This document shows positions 1 through 14,515 of a stretch of 64,000 nucleotides of DNA, piece after piece. Both the position numbers and the translations under genes were made by a program. The DNA comes from the human T2T-CHM13v2.0 reference genome, Homo sapiens. The stretch lies in assembly GCF_009914755.1 (NCBI RefSeq), contig NC_060927.1. One strand, 5' to 3'. How positions within the stretch are numbered: the first letter of the stretch is position 1; each line of letters starts with the position of its first letter. The notes below the pieces were generated by a model. That model was not told the DNA's origin, made no database searches, and worked only from the letters and a program-made list of their open reading frames with translations.

Positions 1-1159
1 TTTATAATGCATTTTCTAAATGTGTGTATATCTATTCGGAAGGACTATTTGGAATTTTTACATCAGTGCTACAATTGTCCCACTAACTCACAGTCATTTT
101 TGCTAACCAAATATGTGTCAGAAATCCTTTTCAGTTTAAGCAACTGGACAGGAGCTCTCACTCTTTAATTCTCAGTCAAGCAATTCCCTACCCCCAATCA
201 CACCTCCTTTAAGCATGACAAAGTCCACCACAGTACTTCAAGACAATAGGAAGGCCCAGGTACACTGGCAACCTTTCTGATTTTTCACAAGAGTCCCAGT
301 TTCAAATATTCTCCCATTGTGCTCACAAGAAAATAGTCTTCATATACATGCCCGACCCTTTCCCTAGAACAGTTTTGAAAATGTCGGGAACTCAAAGCTA
401 CCACATGAAGGACCCTGACCTATGAGTGTCCCCTGGAGGGGACACAGTGGAAGAAGCGGGAACTAGTAGATTTTTTTTTCCTCCCCACAATCCATCTTCT
501 ATTTGCAGTCTACAACTTATCCCTATTTGCCTGGGCAGGAATTTGAGTTCTCTATATTATTCTGGAGTTAAAACAGGTATGCCTTTCCCGTCTCTCAGAT
601 TCCACAGATATCATGACTGATGCACACAATCCACCTGCATATGTGGATCACAAGTATCCTGTAGTCTGCTGGCACCATATAACTTAATTACTTTTAACCA
701 CAGGGCATTGTCCTAGAAGCCCACTATTTATATTGTACCTTATCAATCATGGTACTTGGAATTGCAAAGTCTCAGAAAGCAGGAATCATATCTCCTCCAC
801 GTTCAGTTCAATGCCTAATGCATTGTGAGTGTTCAGTTAGGACAAGCAAGAGAGGTAAGGTTTTTTCTTTCTTTTTGTTATTTGTTTGTTATCCAGGATA
901 AGCAGAATGCTTGTACAGAACATGCATAAGAAAGAAACGCAATCTAATCTCACTGTCAATTTATATTCTGTAAACTGTCTCATTTGCAGCATAAATGACT
1001 ACAAAAATGTTTTCGTTACTCTAAGTGTTAACCTTAAGGTAAGAGTTAAATTAAGTCTGCTATAACTGGTGGACCAGAAAGGACTCAGAGAAAAGCAACA
1101 GCATGGCTTTGAATCAAATCACTTTTGGAAGAAAACTTTAAGATGTTACCACCGAAAAA

Positions 1160-1700
1160 ATAAAACTGGCAAAATGCTCTGGAGGGCATCTTAGCAATAT
1201 GCATCAAAAATTTAAAAAATATATGAAGACTGTTGACCCAGAAATCTCACCTCTAGGAATGTATCTAAAGGAATTACTCAAAGATCTACACAAAGATTTA
1301 GAAGCAAGAATGTTTACCATGGCATTATTTATAATTGTGAAAGACTGGTAACCTTGTCTGACAATAGAGAGTTGATTAAATAAATGACAGTACATTCCTA
1401 GACTTAAATACTATGCAGTTTAAGAAATCATATTTTAGATACCACTTAATTACATGAAGAAATGTTTTTGGAATACTGTTAAGTGAAAAGGCATATAACC
1501 AACAATATATGTACAGGAAAATATATTGTTTAAGTAAATATTGCTAAGTTAAATATTGTTAACTTAAATATTGTTTAAGAAGTGATAGTTGTGTACACAC
1601 AAAGTGCAAAAAGACCAGAAAACACTAGAAGTGCTTGTTTCTGGGTAGAGAAATTATAAATAATTTTTGTTTATTTGAACTTTTCCATAATAAAAGCACA
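1160..1700 (+). mobile_element. Old L1 (L1ME/L1MC-type) 3' fragment
   Basis: Degenerate L1 3' motifs: gacccagaaatctcacctctaggaat, gcattatttataattgtgaaagactgg, gttaagtgaaaag. Confidence 0.7.
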
Positions 1701-2414
1701 TTTATTTCATAGTAAAATATTACTTAAAATATTCATCTATACCAACCTTCCTTCTCTAAAGGCCTAAAAGTGACCCTCTGTAGGCACTCTTTTGTCTCTA
1801 GAAGTCTTCCTTCTCCTGTTTTTATAGATGTATGTGTTGCATTCTAAAATCTTAAGTATTTGGGACTATGTAGTTATAAAAGATACCCTACCAATTAAAC
1901 AAATAAAAAATCTTATTAAATCTGTGGTTTTAATCTTAGGTTCCTGCTTAGAAAAAATACCAATTTCTCTTTAAGTCCTATATTTTGCTTTCAATTCAGC
2001 CTCCATAGTATTAATTAGTTATATTATTTAGGCCTGCAGCAGAACAGTTTCATAGTTCTTCTCATTCTCACAGTTCTTTGTAAGAGACACCACCCCTCTC
2101 ATGGTTCTTACTCACCCCTACACCCACACTTGACCATAGGTAATTGTGCAAGAGACCACAAATAGAAAGAAAATGAAGGAAGCCTTAAAAGGCCAAGGTA
2201 GTTCCAAGTTATAAAACAGAGAAAGGCTGAAAATTTAGGCAGAGATGTGGAGAAAATCCGAGCCATGACACTTAAGAATGAACTGGAGTAAAGATCCATG
2301 AGCACCTGGTGCAGGGAGAGACAACTCTACCTATCAATCCAGTACATGCTACTCACACAGGACTATTAATTCTAGTAAATAACCACAGCTTTAGGAGGGG
2401 CAAATGTTCTGGAA

Positions 2415-2555
2415 TAGGCTGCCTGTTGAAAATACAAGTGCTAGGGCCTTTCCATAACCTATAATCAGGACTTCCAGAAGTAATATCCAGGCATCTTCAT
2501 TGAAAGCTCCAAATGTGATTCTGAATTATACTAGAGGTGAGAACCAATGGGCTAC
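2415..2555. mobile_element. MER5-family hAT fragment
   Basis: aaaatacaagtgctagggcc...aagctccaaatgtgattctga...gagaaccaatg resembles MER5A. Confidence 0.55.
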
Positions 2556-3071
2556 TGGGGAAGTTCAAATCCCTTAGCTCTAGCCAACTTTTATAAATTC
2601 ATCTCCCTTAACTTCACAAACATATACACTCTGCTGATGCTAGACCGGTGTCCTTGTTCTCCATCCTTGCTCCGTCATAAAGAGAAAGCTAGTTTATGTC
2701 TTTGTACAATCTACTTATGACTTTATATCTTGAATGCCCTGACTGCTCCTTACTACCTGTTTAAATCTTCACTAATTCCAACAATGGGTTAGAGTTTCAC
2801 CTTCCTATGAATTCACATTGATTTTTCCTACACATTAAACTACAGAATCTGTGTCTTCCCCTATTTCTACTCTTACATCAATATGAAACAATAATTTGTT
2901 TGTCTTACAACTCAATATGATCATAAACCATATGTGCCCTTAGAAAGTGTTCACATGGTTTTGTTGGTACCTCTTTGCAATGTATATCAGGGAATTTTAA
3001 AAAATAGCAGACTGAATTGAGACCAGTACTTGCATGTTCATCATCATATAATATGGGACATGTATATTTAC

Positions 3072-3117
3072 CTCCAAACATTCTCAGAGTTCATTCTTCG
3101 TACCCTGTAGGCTTATG
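3072..3117 (-). other. ZBTB20: 46-nt 5'UTR exon of ZBTB20
   Basis: Minus strand reads gtattttctttacag|CATAAGCCTACAGGGTACGAAGAATGAACTCTGAGAATGTTTGGAG|gtaaat. Canonical acceptor and donor; matches the recalled mRNA segment that follows the 51401 exon. Confidence 0.8.
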
Positions 3118-3159
3118 CTGTAAAGAAAATACATATGCAGAAATAAAAACAGAGTTTGA

Positions 3160-4165
3160 ATCTCCAGTCCTAATCCTTCCTCTGAACTCCTGTCTCATGT
3201 ATCCAACTGCCTACTACATCTCTTTATTTGGAAAAGAATTTCAAATTCAACATTCTCCAATACTAACTCATAATCATCTCTTTCCCAAATCTGCTCATTT
3301 CTCCATATCCCCTATAGCTCCCAACTCCATGGGATATTGCCATTTATCCAGTGGCTGGGGTGAAATGCCTGAAATTCATCACACCTGATGTCTCTCTCAT
3401 GTAAAACCACATTGAGACCCTCAGCAACTTTTGTCAGCCCTACCTTCAAGTTATGCAGAGTTGAACCACTTTTCATCCCCTCCCCACTGCCATTGCCCTT
3501 TGCATAACTGGGCTACTATGATAACTACTACATGCTCTTCCTGTATCACCCTGACCCTGTAGACTGTTCTCCACAGTGTAGCCCTGGAACTCTTTTAATA
3601 TGTAAATGAGATCATACATGCTTAAAAAAATCCTCTATAGCTTTCTGTCAGTCTTTATCATGGCCTGTGTGAGCTGGTCCCTACTTATCTACATGATCAT
3701 TCTTACTTTGGTCCACTTGAGCCACACATTTCTTCTTGCTCTTCCTGGAAAATTTCAAGTTGTTCCTACTCCAAAGTCTTTACAATATCCATCCCCTTTC
3801 CCTAAAATGTTCTTCCTGCTGGTCACCACATGCTTAGGTTCTTCTAATAATTTAAATATTTGCTCAAATATCTTCCACTCGGTGAGACCTTTCCTACTTA
3901 CCCTATTTCAAATAGCACTTTCTAAATTATATATCCCTATTTTCTACCTCCTTATTATGCATTATTTTCTTCCTAGATCTGATCATTATTTAAAATGATT
4001 TTTTTTTGTTTACATAATTATTGGCTGTCTCTCCTTCCACTATAAAATAAGTTTCATAGGAAACTTTGTTTAATTTCTCACTATATTCCCAGTAATTAGA
4101 ACAATGTCTGAAACATTATAGGTACTTGATAGCTATTAAATGACTGAATGAATAAGTAGATGAAT
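3160..4165 (+). mobile_element. L2 (L2a-like) 3' fragment of about 1 kb
   Basis: Colinear with the L2a 3' consensus (tccaactgcctact, ctaccttcaa, tgctcaaatatc, tattccccagta...agaacaatgtctg) and ends in a degenerate TGAA tail. Confidence 0.8.
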
Positions 4166-5172
4166 AAAGTGTTCCAGTACTTATAAATCTCATCCCAGTC
4201 ACATAAACTTTAAATAGGAAATCTTTATTCTGCATGGTGCAGCGGCTTCTCTGGATTGTCCCAGAGGCCTCTATTCTTTCCATCTGACTGCACAGGCCAG
4301 TCTGGGAAACCACCTACATGCAATAGCTCACATGTCTTATAATAAACTTCTTGGGAGGAGTAAGTCAAATTAGATAGTTAACTAAAAATAGTATCTCTGA
4401 GTTTATAAAGGAGACGTTTTCCCAGCCCAACTGGTCCTGGTAAGTTAGACTGGCATCAAATGCTGACATGGCAATCTTATGCTTGATGAACCCTCAATCT
4501 GGAGAGGAGTGAGCTATACTTTTATACTATTTATTTTGTGAAAGTTCCAAGTATAGTTCATCTTTGTATCCACAATGTCAAGAACATTGCTGAGCAGAGA
4601 GTAGAGCTTCAATAAATGTTTATTAAACAGATGAACAAACTAATCCATGAAGCAAACAACATTCTAAGTGCTATTCTTCTATGTCTAAGCTTTGACGATG
4701 CGCTATATAAAATTCATTCTTGCAATTTTCCTTCATAGATTAGACTGAAAAACTCATCGTGAAGGACCATGTCTTATCCATCTTGTATCCCAAGTTCTTA
4801 GTACAGTGCTGGATGTAAAAGGAAGAAAAACTCCAAAGCAAAGGATAGAGAAGTTAGAAGTCCTGGCAGCGATCAGTGAGTATTAAAGAATGCCAGTATG
4901 ACGTGATTATCAGATGTTAGGTGATGAAAATCATGCCAGCTAACATATGGATTTCTACCCTGTTTCTGTATAAGACTTGAGCTCTAAATTTAGTTCCTGA
5001 ACACAGGGGATCAGAGTTGAAGGTGATTATTTACTATGAAACTGCTATTTTCCACAGTATACATGATCAAAGTGCTAGAAACTTAATGCATGAAAATCTA
5101 CACTTCTTTACTCAACCTCTCTTACAGTTATATAAAATTCTTTAGAAAATTAATGTTATAAAAAAGAGTTCA

Positions 5173-5546
<374 letters not shown>

Positions 5547-5644
5547 TCAAAGCCTTTTCAAATATAATAAGCAATAGAAGAGGTGACAAAATATATAATG
5601 TAACTATTAAATCAGTATGCCTTACAAGTATCCATCATGGTTAT

Positions 5645-5747
5645 AGTACTAATTGCCTTGGTTTGTCCAAGACTGAGGAGGGATGTGAGCTTTTCCGTGT
5701 TCAAACAGAGAAAGCTCCAGGCTAGTCAGGACAAGTTGGTCACCCTA
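5645..5747. mobile_element. MER81-like hAT-Blackjack MITE
   Basis: Ends in caggacaagttggtcacccta, the terminal repeat of this family; internal ggtttgtccaagactgagg. Confidence 0.6.
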
Positions 5748-6779
5748 ATAATGGTATAACCTGCTAAGCTGGTTATCAGCTATTCCGATGTATCTATATG
5801 TAGGATCTATAGGTACATGTAGAATATATGATAGATAACTAGGCATTACTAGGTTATAAGATGATTAAGAATTAATCAGTCTGTACTAGTATACCATATG
5901 AAGTGCAAATCCCTTGTTTCATTTTCTCTTCATTTCCCCTCGATGTTGGACTTCTTATGTTTTTATATCGTATGCTTATATTGATTTTATTATAGTCAAA
6001 TACATTAATTTGGGGTGTTAGGACAATTTCATTTTCTTCAGAAGAAAAGGAAAAGTGAGTAGCAGCAATGCAGATGGGTCTCAATTGACGCATGAGCTCA
6101 TCTGTTTTTTACAACTCCAAGTGTGGTAATTCCCCGTAGAATTAAAATTTCCTAACACAGAAATTAAAATTTTCCTAGCTGAAAATGCCGGCTTTTTACA
6201 TATCCCAAAACTGAACACATAAAGATTAAACTCCAAAAGTAAGGCAAGATCTACAGAACTATCCCAGCCCTAATTCTGCCGAGATATTTATTATAAGACA
6301 AACTGAGACAGTCCCCTGTGGTCTCCTTAAGGTCCTGATGGCCCCCTCAAAGCATCATCTGGCTTTAAGAGAACTCCAAAATAGTAATTGGTCTTTGGGC
6401 ACAGAATAGCCATTGGAATCTGGATTAGAGTCTGAAAAACACTGCATTTTCCAAAGAGATTACAATGCCAGGCTTTGAACATTGAAGGGTAATATCTTCT
6501 TTCTAAGTATCTCTGGTCAGTCTCAGTAACTAGACCTACTTTTGAGGCTCCATTTCTTTTATGTCTTTTAAATTTAATGATAAAAAAGAAATATCTAAAT
6601 TTATAATATACACGAAACAGTGAAATTAGGAGAAAAAATTCTATTTGATGTGTCCATTTTTTTAAGCTCCCATGACTAAAAAGATCAACAGTTACCTACA
6701 TTTGTAATATTTATGCCTCCCAGGCTCAGTGTAATGAGTTTCATCTCTGATCGAATTTTTATAACTGACTTTCACTTAC

Positions 6780-6819
6780 CTGTGAAATAGGTAATAGGAA
6801 GCCTTGGTAGGTGCTTTCC
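6780..6819 (-). other. Candidate 40-nt cassette micro-exon
   Basis: Minus strand reads cttttgcatctgattctttag|GGAAAGCACC...ATTTCACAG|gtaagtg. Consensus donor and good acceptor 40 nt apart; no transcript evidence available. Confidence 0.45.
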
Positions 6820-9809
6820 CTAAAGAATCAGATGCAAAAGTTAGACCTACTGCAAACAATACAGAGGAAAAAAATGTCACTCTAATATACTACTACTATA
6901 TCCGTCTGCTTTTTGCAGGAAAGGAAAGCTATCATCCTAGACAGAAATACTGAAATAAGTGAAGTACAGACAAGTGATTAATCAAAATCTGAAAATCATA
7001 GTCTTCAGCTTTTTCTTCCATGAAACCATGGTGTGTCCTCTTAACTTTGGCCAAGTGCCCAGCTAAGAGAATTCTTCCATGAGATGAACATGCTTCAGGG
7101 CAAAACCTTATTCTAACTGATGGTTTTAAAAGCCCAACTCTACATTCTGCTCAAGGCTTTGGTTACGTAGGTAAGCCAAAACACAGGAGACATGACTTCC
7201 TCCATTAAACTGGCTGAAGCCCAGGTTACACTAATTGAGCCTAAATAGAAAACCTCTGCTTTTCAATCCCTTTGTTCTCTTGGATGTCACAGCTTCCTGC
7301 TCTATTCGCTTCCTTTTATAGTCTTCTCTCACCAAGCATTTCAGGAAAAAAAAAAAAAAGCTAAATAAAGATCACAGCCTGTTCCATTGTGTCCCCTTCT
7401 TCTTCATCATCTTCTTTTCCATGTGTGCAATGTTGTGGCACCTATTAACTACCAATGTTTTCAGAATGACATTATACAAGGTGCAGGCTGTACCACTGTG
7501 CCCTAAAAATATCAACAACTGCATTAGTCTCACAATAATTAATGGCAGGCATTATGCAAATGACAACTTTTTCGCTGCAAAATAATGACATTTCTTCATT
7601 TTGAGCAGAGTTATGCAAAACAATGAATTTAGGATGATAAATCACACAGGAGAATTAAGAAAGCCATAACGTTCCTGCCCAGGCAGGCAGAAAGATAGAC
7701 AGACCAACAATTTAGAAGACATTGTTTTGTTCTCACACCACTATAAAAAATCATAGCCAGTCGGCCATTAATGTGTGTAGGTTTTTTTCCTTCTCCCCTT
7801 TAGGCAACAATGCATAAGGGGATGCTAAATTCTAGCAATTGGATCATTACAAGTCACAAGCAAATTTTTCTTTATTAACCTTAATAAGTCATTCACTCAG
7901 AGACTATAGTCATCAAGCAAATAAAAAGTATCACATGCCATTCTGCTACACATTAACTAATTCCTTATGCAAACATCACAACATATAGCAATTACTGCCG
8001 CTCAAAAAAACAAAGTCATTTTCAATTTATTTTATTGCTTTTATACTTGGCCATTTCCTGTAGCACATTATCGTTTCTTTCCCTAACAACCCGAGGTGGA
8101 ATGAAGAAGAATTTCGGTAGCAATGAGCCCCTTCCTCTAGCCACCTTTGTCATACCTTTTTCCCCTCCGGGAGGCTTTTAAGGAAGGTTAGGGATAAGGT
8201 ATGTGCACGCTCCTTCACAGGAAATGTGCATCAAGCTCAGAGAAATGGTACATTCAGCTCCTATTCTTGCAGCAAAGAGAGTGTGGGGTAGGCAGTAAGA
8301 CCCAAGTCTGTCTCCCACATTTGCTACAATAACACTGACAGCTTTCCTTTATTCAGTAAAACAAGGTAAAAGTGTAGGCTTAGACCTGTCCCCAACAGGT
8401 GAACGTTAAAGTCAATATATGCAACGTTGACCTGAGAGATATAGTAATGGTTAATGAGAATTATGAGGTTACTTCGTCTTGCTTCACTCAGCACATAACT
8501 TGTCCCTTCCAGAATGCTGAATGAAGAGCAATAATAAATACTGGACACTACCCCCCAACATGCACAGTATTAAATAAGATCTTTGTGTGTGTGTGTTTTT
8601 AATTCTATAACATCCTTTATCCAAGACTCCCAGGATGTGAAACAAATGCTAAACAAAGCTTACACATTGCTAACAGATTCTTTTAGCCCATTTTACAGAC
8701 TGACAAATGGATTCTGAGCAACTAGAGGCTTTACACAAAGTTGGACTGGAACAGGTCAGACTATCTTTCCAATGTTCTAACCTCTGAGGCCCGTGGCCTC
8801 TTATAATCATGAGCATTCTTTCCTGCTGATAAACAATTATGCTGTAAACAGCCTGTACATGTCCCTTTTCACACAACAGGATGATAATCTCTCTCCGTTC
8901 TCCTAAATCCACAATCCATTCCCCCCTTTTTAAGGTAGAACATTTCCGAAATACACACGGGAAAAGCTCTGTTTTCAGTTTCTCCTCCTGAAGGTAATAA
9001 CATTTTGCAGTTCTCCTTAAATAAAATCCAGCCCATGCTGGATCAATAAGAATGATGCCCATTTCCCTAATGGCAGCCGATTGCCATTTGCTATTCAAAT
9101 CAGACTAGATAAATTACAGTACATGCCAGGGAACAGGCCAGTGAATTAAGACAGGCCTCCAGAGGACCAGCGATATTATTAATCTTTTAAGACACTATCA
9201 TATTTCTTCTTGACAGTGTGCGTAGACTCACAGACACACTGCACCCAGATTGAAATATCAGCTGCTGAAAAAAATCAATAGTGTTAGAAACACAATAATT
9301 TTTGGTCTGCAGGGTCTACACTAAGCAACACTTGTACCCCTCCTGTGCCATCTCTTCTCCCACTTCCCCTTTGCCATATTTGCCTCCTACCTTTTTGCTC
9401 TTCCCTTTTCATTCTCTGGTTTTAAAAGCTTGTAAGTCCAAATGACAAGATATTATGAGAAGGTTTCCACTGCTAACACTGGCCATTGTGGTTACAGCGT
9501 TGATTTTTCATGGGTTGTTTGAAATGCAATTTTACTAGTCTGGCAAAATGTTTTGGCGTGGGATTGTTTTTCCTATGAACTTAATATAGATTTTCAACCC
9601 TTATGCACTTGGTTCTGTATTATGAAGAAATGAAAATATTTATAGGGGTGGCCATACCTGAAAGTTCTGAGGAAAGTGGAATGCACAGAAGGGAAAATAA
9701 TGGAAACCTGGCCCAGAAATGAAAAAAAGTGGGGGGTATTCATTGAAGATCCAGGAGAATAAACAAAACAAAACAAAACAAAACAAAAGGCTACAGGGGA
9801 GGTGTATGT

Positions 9810-10015
9810 AGAGCAGAACATGGTAGGAAGAATATTCTACTTAGATTCTGAAAACTTGAAGTTGACCTCTGCCTCTGCTGCCTGCACACTGTGTGGTTTT
9901 GCCAGTTACTTACCCTTGCAGAGCCTTGGTTTCCTTTTCCATTAAAACAAAACAATCTAACCACCTACCTCATAGCATTCTTGTGAGGGCTAACTAACAA
10001 GATGTGTGTGTTTTC
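9810..10015 (+). mobile_element. MIR
   Basis: MIR core: ctctgcc...ctgtgtggttttgccagttacttaccc...gagccttggtttcc...acctacctcatagc. Confidence 0.7.
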
Positions 10016-13000
10016 TAAATAATAAAATTGTGAATGATATAAACTAATTTCTACTAGAGAGAGGTTTATGAAATGTGTCTGCTTTTTTCCTTTTTCATAG
10101 ATACAGAATACCATAAAGGAACTTTAGACGTTATCAATAAATAAGCAAACTGATAGCCACAGAAAGGTTATTGAGGTTCACATTACCAGTAGCTAGTAGA
10201 ACTTTAAGTAGACCAAGATCTGTTGAATCTGAGCCAGTCCCTTTTACATTTTACCAGATGGATTTTACCTTTTCCATGTCTCTTTCTACTAGAGATTTGA
10301 GGCTTTGATTCTTGTCCATGTTGCTTTTCCACTGGGGAGGCAGATAAACAAAATGCCACATAAGAAAACAAAAACAGAAACAAAACCTACCATGTTTGTG
10401 TATATTTATATGCTATTCTTTTGATCCCAAGACTCCCTCCAGTTCACCCCCCATTTTGATTCTTCCTTTCATAACAAAATGTATTAGAAAAATTGTCCGT
10501 ATTAGTTATTACCGTATCTTCACTTTCTATTCTTTTCTTAATCTATTCCAATCAGGCTTTTATCCGTTCCACTCTACCATATCTACTGTTGCCAAATGCA
10601 ATGGTCACATTTTAATTTTCATCTGACTCAACTTCTTGGCAACAATTTAACACGGATAACCGCTTCTTTTCCTCCTCGAAACTGTAATATCTTTTGGGAT
10701 ACCCCTCTTTTCAACTTTCTCTACTATCTTACAGGGCACTTAAGCCTATTTAAGCCTCATCAAATTTGAAATCTGTTACTAGCAATTCATTCTTATTTCT
10801 GAATTGGGATAAACACAGTATATTTGGAAAAACAGTGGACTGTCAGATGTTTTGATGGTCTGATTTTATGACTTTGATATACAAAAAAGAGTAGAAAATC
10901 TTATTCTTGGTTTGGCTTGAAGCTTTTTTATTCCACATACCTCATGGCAAAATTTATGAACTACTTTTGAAAATTCATAAGTGATCATTTACCTAGATCC
11001 ACTTAATTGCTCCACCCAGTTTCTTCAAACACTTGTTCTTTGAGGTCTACATGGCAAGAAGTAAATACGAAAACCATTTCCAAGTGAACTAAAGTAACCT
11101 GAATATGTTTTCTGTGTTAGGTTGTTCCCCCTACCCACAGCAAAAGCATGAAGACTTCCTTTAAGAATACAAGATATATTCTAAGTCTACCAGTACTCCA
11201 TCTTCTGATGTCAGATGGAGTTAAAGTTCACTTTCATCTCAAGAGAAAAAACAGTCATTCCTGACTTACAAACATGAGTGGAGGGAAGTACCTGAACACA
11301 GGGATTGCTTTCCTCACATCTGGCTCTAAGATACAACCACGCGCTGTGACATATAAAAAGGTCACTGACACGAGAAAATATCGCAAGATATTACAAGGAT
11401 AATCAAAGCCAAAATATATCCAAACCCACTTTTGGAGAGAATCCCAATAACTTCTTTTGAATGTGATAATAAAAATAACATGAATAAAGATCATTTTCTT
11501 AAGAAAAAAAAGGAACGTTTCTATCACTTGCCTGCCACTTGCCACTTAGGAGTAGACTCTGGCTCCCTTTTCCGCTTAAATTCTTCCACAGAGTCAGCTT
11601 GCCAGACTCTTAACCAAGGTTTTTCTTTTATCTAGACTATAACAAATACTCCATTTTGGGTCATGAGAACATAGTAGCAAAATTCCCAGAGTTAATACTT
11701 TAATTATACACATATGTATTTATTATTTTGTATGTGTGTGAGCTGTTCCACTAAGTTAAACTTTAACCATATTAATCCAGGAAAAAAATCCCTGATTATC
11801 AACTAACAATTTTGTAAACAGTTATCTCACAGGTTAAATATTAACTCGAAAAATTTAACTCAAAACTCCACACAAGCAGAAGGAGCCAAAAGGCCAGGAA
11901 GAAGAAGTAAAGATTAGCTGCTTTAGGAGGAACACAGCCAGGAAAGTGAGCATTTTGGTAGCTGGATAATGTGTAGGAAGTCCAGGGGGTTGTGCAGGGG
12001 GGGGAAATAGAAGCAAGAAGGGAGCCTGGAGGACACCTGCTGCTTATCATAATATCAAAACATAAAACAATGAGGTGAGACCTTAAGGAAAAGAAAATTC
12101 ATGGAGATATGAATCCATTGATAATGGCCACAGGAATTCAGGTGCAATAAAGGTTTGAACCTCAATGATATGGACATAGCTAAAAGATCCAACACAAAGC
12201 TAGCTGGAGCGGACTGCCTGCCTGCCACTGAATATCATGAGGAACATTCTGGGGTCCCTCTTCCACTAGAAATAATGGGATGAAGGCTGCTCTGCCTGTC
12301 CTGTTTCTGTTTCCTAACAATAAAACAAAACTGAAGTGTCTCCCTCCAGTATTGGGTTATTAGGGGCACCGATTGCAAGTTCTAAGCCTTTATCTAACTG
12401 TCCATCAATTCTCTCCCTGATTAACAGAACCATATCACGTAAGAAAAAGTTGGAACCAGCAGTAGACTAAGTCAGAAGGCTTTTCTGTACCGGAATTGCT
12501 GAACTACAAATATTGTTCTCTGGTTAGGATTTTGACTAAAAAATGTCAAGAAAATCCACATGGCCAGAGAATTCGCACAATCTTGATATCTGAGGTACAG
12601 GGTAAAGCTGATGTATTTTAATGCTGTTTTAGGAAGGTTAGAAACTGTTAAGATTCTTCCTGTCAGTATGTCAAATATCAGATCAGTCCTGCTTGCTGAT
12701 TTTTAAGGAAGTCATTAAAAAAATCCTCCCAGTGAGTAGCTTTCAAGGAAGACTCCCATTTGCCCGGCAGATCTAAAGAAATAATGAGGCCAAATAATGC
12801 AAGTTTCTCAAGAGAGGTGTAGGATTGAATGAAAAAAGGGAAGATATAGAAATGTAGGAGAAATAATTCTTACATATATAATATATATAATGTATATATG
12901 TATATATTGTGTATAATATGTATATATTGTTTATATTCAAGAAATATGATATAGCTTATCATATATTACTTTTGATATTTTTCTTATACATCTAGTACAT

Positions 13001-13519
13001 GAATACATGCTTATTGGAAAAGTACAAGTACAAGGTGTAGTCTCTATTATCTAAATATATTATTTAAATATATATCTAAATATATTATCTAAATATAGAT
13101 GACACCTCGTACTTGTAAAGCTTTTTGCAGTTTATAAAATATTTTTGCATAAAATATCTTTTGCTTTCCTGACAACCACAAAAAGTAAAAAGGGTGGGTT
13201 CTATAATTTCTGTTCTATAGACATGCAAGTATTACTCTACCATTGACGTAACTGGTGCAGAATAAACCTGAACAGAGGAAATAGAATCCATTAGCAGCCT
13301 GGTTATCCATATCCACATGCCAAGTAAGAAAGCAGCATGATGACTGTGGAAATGTAAAGGCATTATAAGAGTGATTTTTGGAGAGGATTAAGGAGGGAGA
13401 CATCAAAATAATTCAAAAGGAAGTTTAGAAAATCAGTAGAAATAAAGGGCTAAATTTGGAGTAACTTTTTTGGAAAAAAAGTGTTTAGAACAAGGAAAGA
13501 AACTTCCAATTCAGACCAT

Positions 13520-14270
13520 GTATTCATTTGGCATATACTAATTGTATATCTATGTTTGATTTTCTTTGATAGATGCTATTGGGTAAATAATGATGTGTAT
13601 GGAGACACTGACCTGTGCCTGACATATTTAATATCTATTTGTTGGGATAATGCCCAGAAGGAATTATTATGCAATAAAATTCAGATATTCAGAATAGGGG
13701 TTTAGAGAGAAAATCATCACTGATATGTAGGCTGACAAAGGAAAGCTTCAGTATGATGAACAAATCTAGTTATACTTTGAAAAACATGTAAGATTTGGGA
13801 GGTGATAAGACATTTCAAGTTGTGTGAAGGGCATGAGAGAAAGCATGGAAGCAGAAAATTGAGATATGTATTTGGGAGCAGCAAATAAACAAGTTAGTTG
13901 GAATTGTAATAGGAAACAATGCTGGAAAGATGGGTTGAGTGTGGAATGCGAAACGGGGTCCTTGAATAATGGGCTGAGTAGTCCACTTTATTCTGTGAAC
14001 ACAAGAGGTCTATTAAAGGCTTGTAAAGTAGGACACTGGCATGGTCACAGTGATATTCTAGTATAAATAATTGGGAATGGTGGACAGAAAAAACTGAAAC
14101 AGGGAGAGCATAAAGGTAATGAGAGAGAAAGAGAGAGAGTGCGAGCTTGTGAGAGCAAGAGAATGAGAAGTGATCCACTGCAACAACCCAGGTACTATGT
14201 GATAAATATCTGACTTCGGTAGTGTCAGCAGAAATGTACAGGAAATAACATGTTCTAGAGACATTGTGGA
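13520..14270 (-). mobile_element. L2 fragment (degenerate)
   Basis: Purine-rich antisense L2-like motifs (cattt caagttg...aagggcatgag; ctattaaaggcttgtaaagtagg; actgcaacaacccagg). Confidence 0.55.
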
Positions 14271-14274
14271 GGAA

Positions 14275-14515
14275 AAAATAACAATATTTACTAAAGTTCT
14301 ACTCTGTGCCAGGCACCGAACTATGTGCTTTATGTAGATTAACCCATTAATCTCCATGCTAACCCTAAGAGGTAAGTAACTTTATTGTTTCCATTTTACA
14401 GATAAGGATTAAGCAACTTTTTCAAGGTTATGCAGTTAGTAAGTGGTGAAGCCTGGATTCAAACCCAGGCAATCTGACTCCAGAGCCTGTTCTCCTAACC
14501 CCCACACTTACTGTT
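14275..14515 (-). mobile_element. MIR
   Basis: tactctgtgccaggcac...ccattttacagataagga...ggattcaaacccaggcaatctgactccagagcc. Confidence 0.85.

Noticed and set aside
3017-3998. 123-aa and 130-aa + strand ORFs
   Set aside because: They lie mostly in a decayed L2 with no recognisable domain; the hydrophobic bias reflects T-richness.
11880-12400. Possible ancient LTR fragment
   Set aside because: Composition is suggestive, but I could not match diagnostic motifs with confidence.
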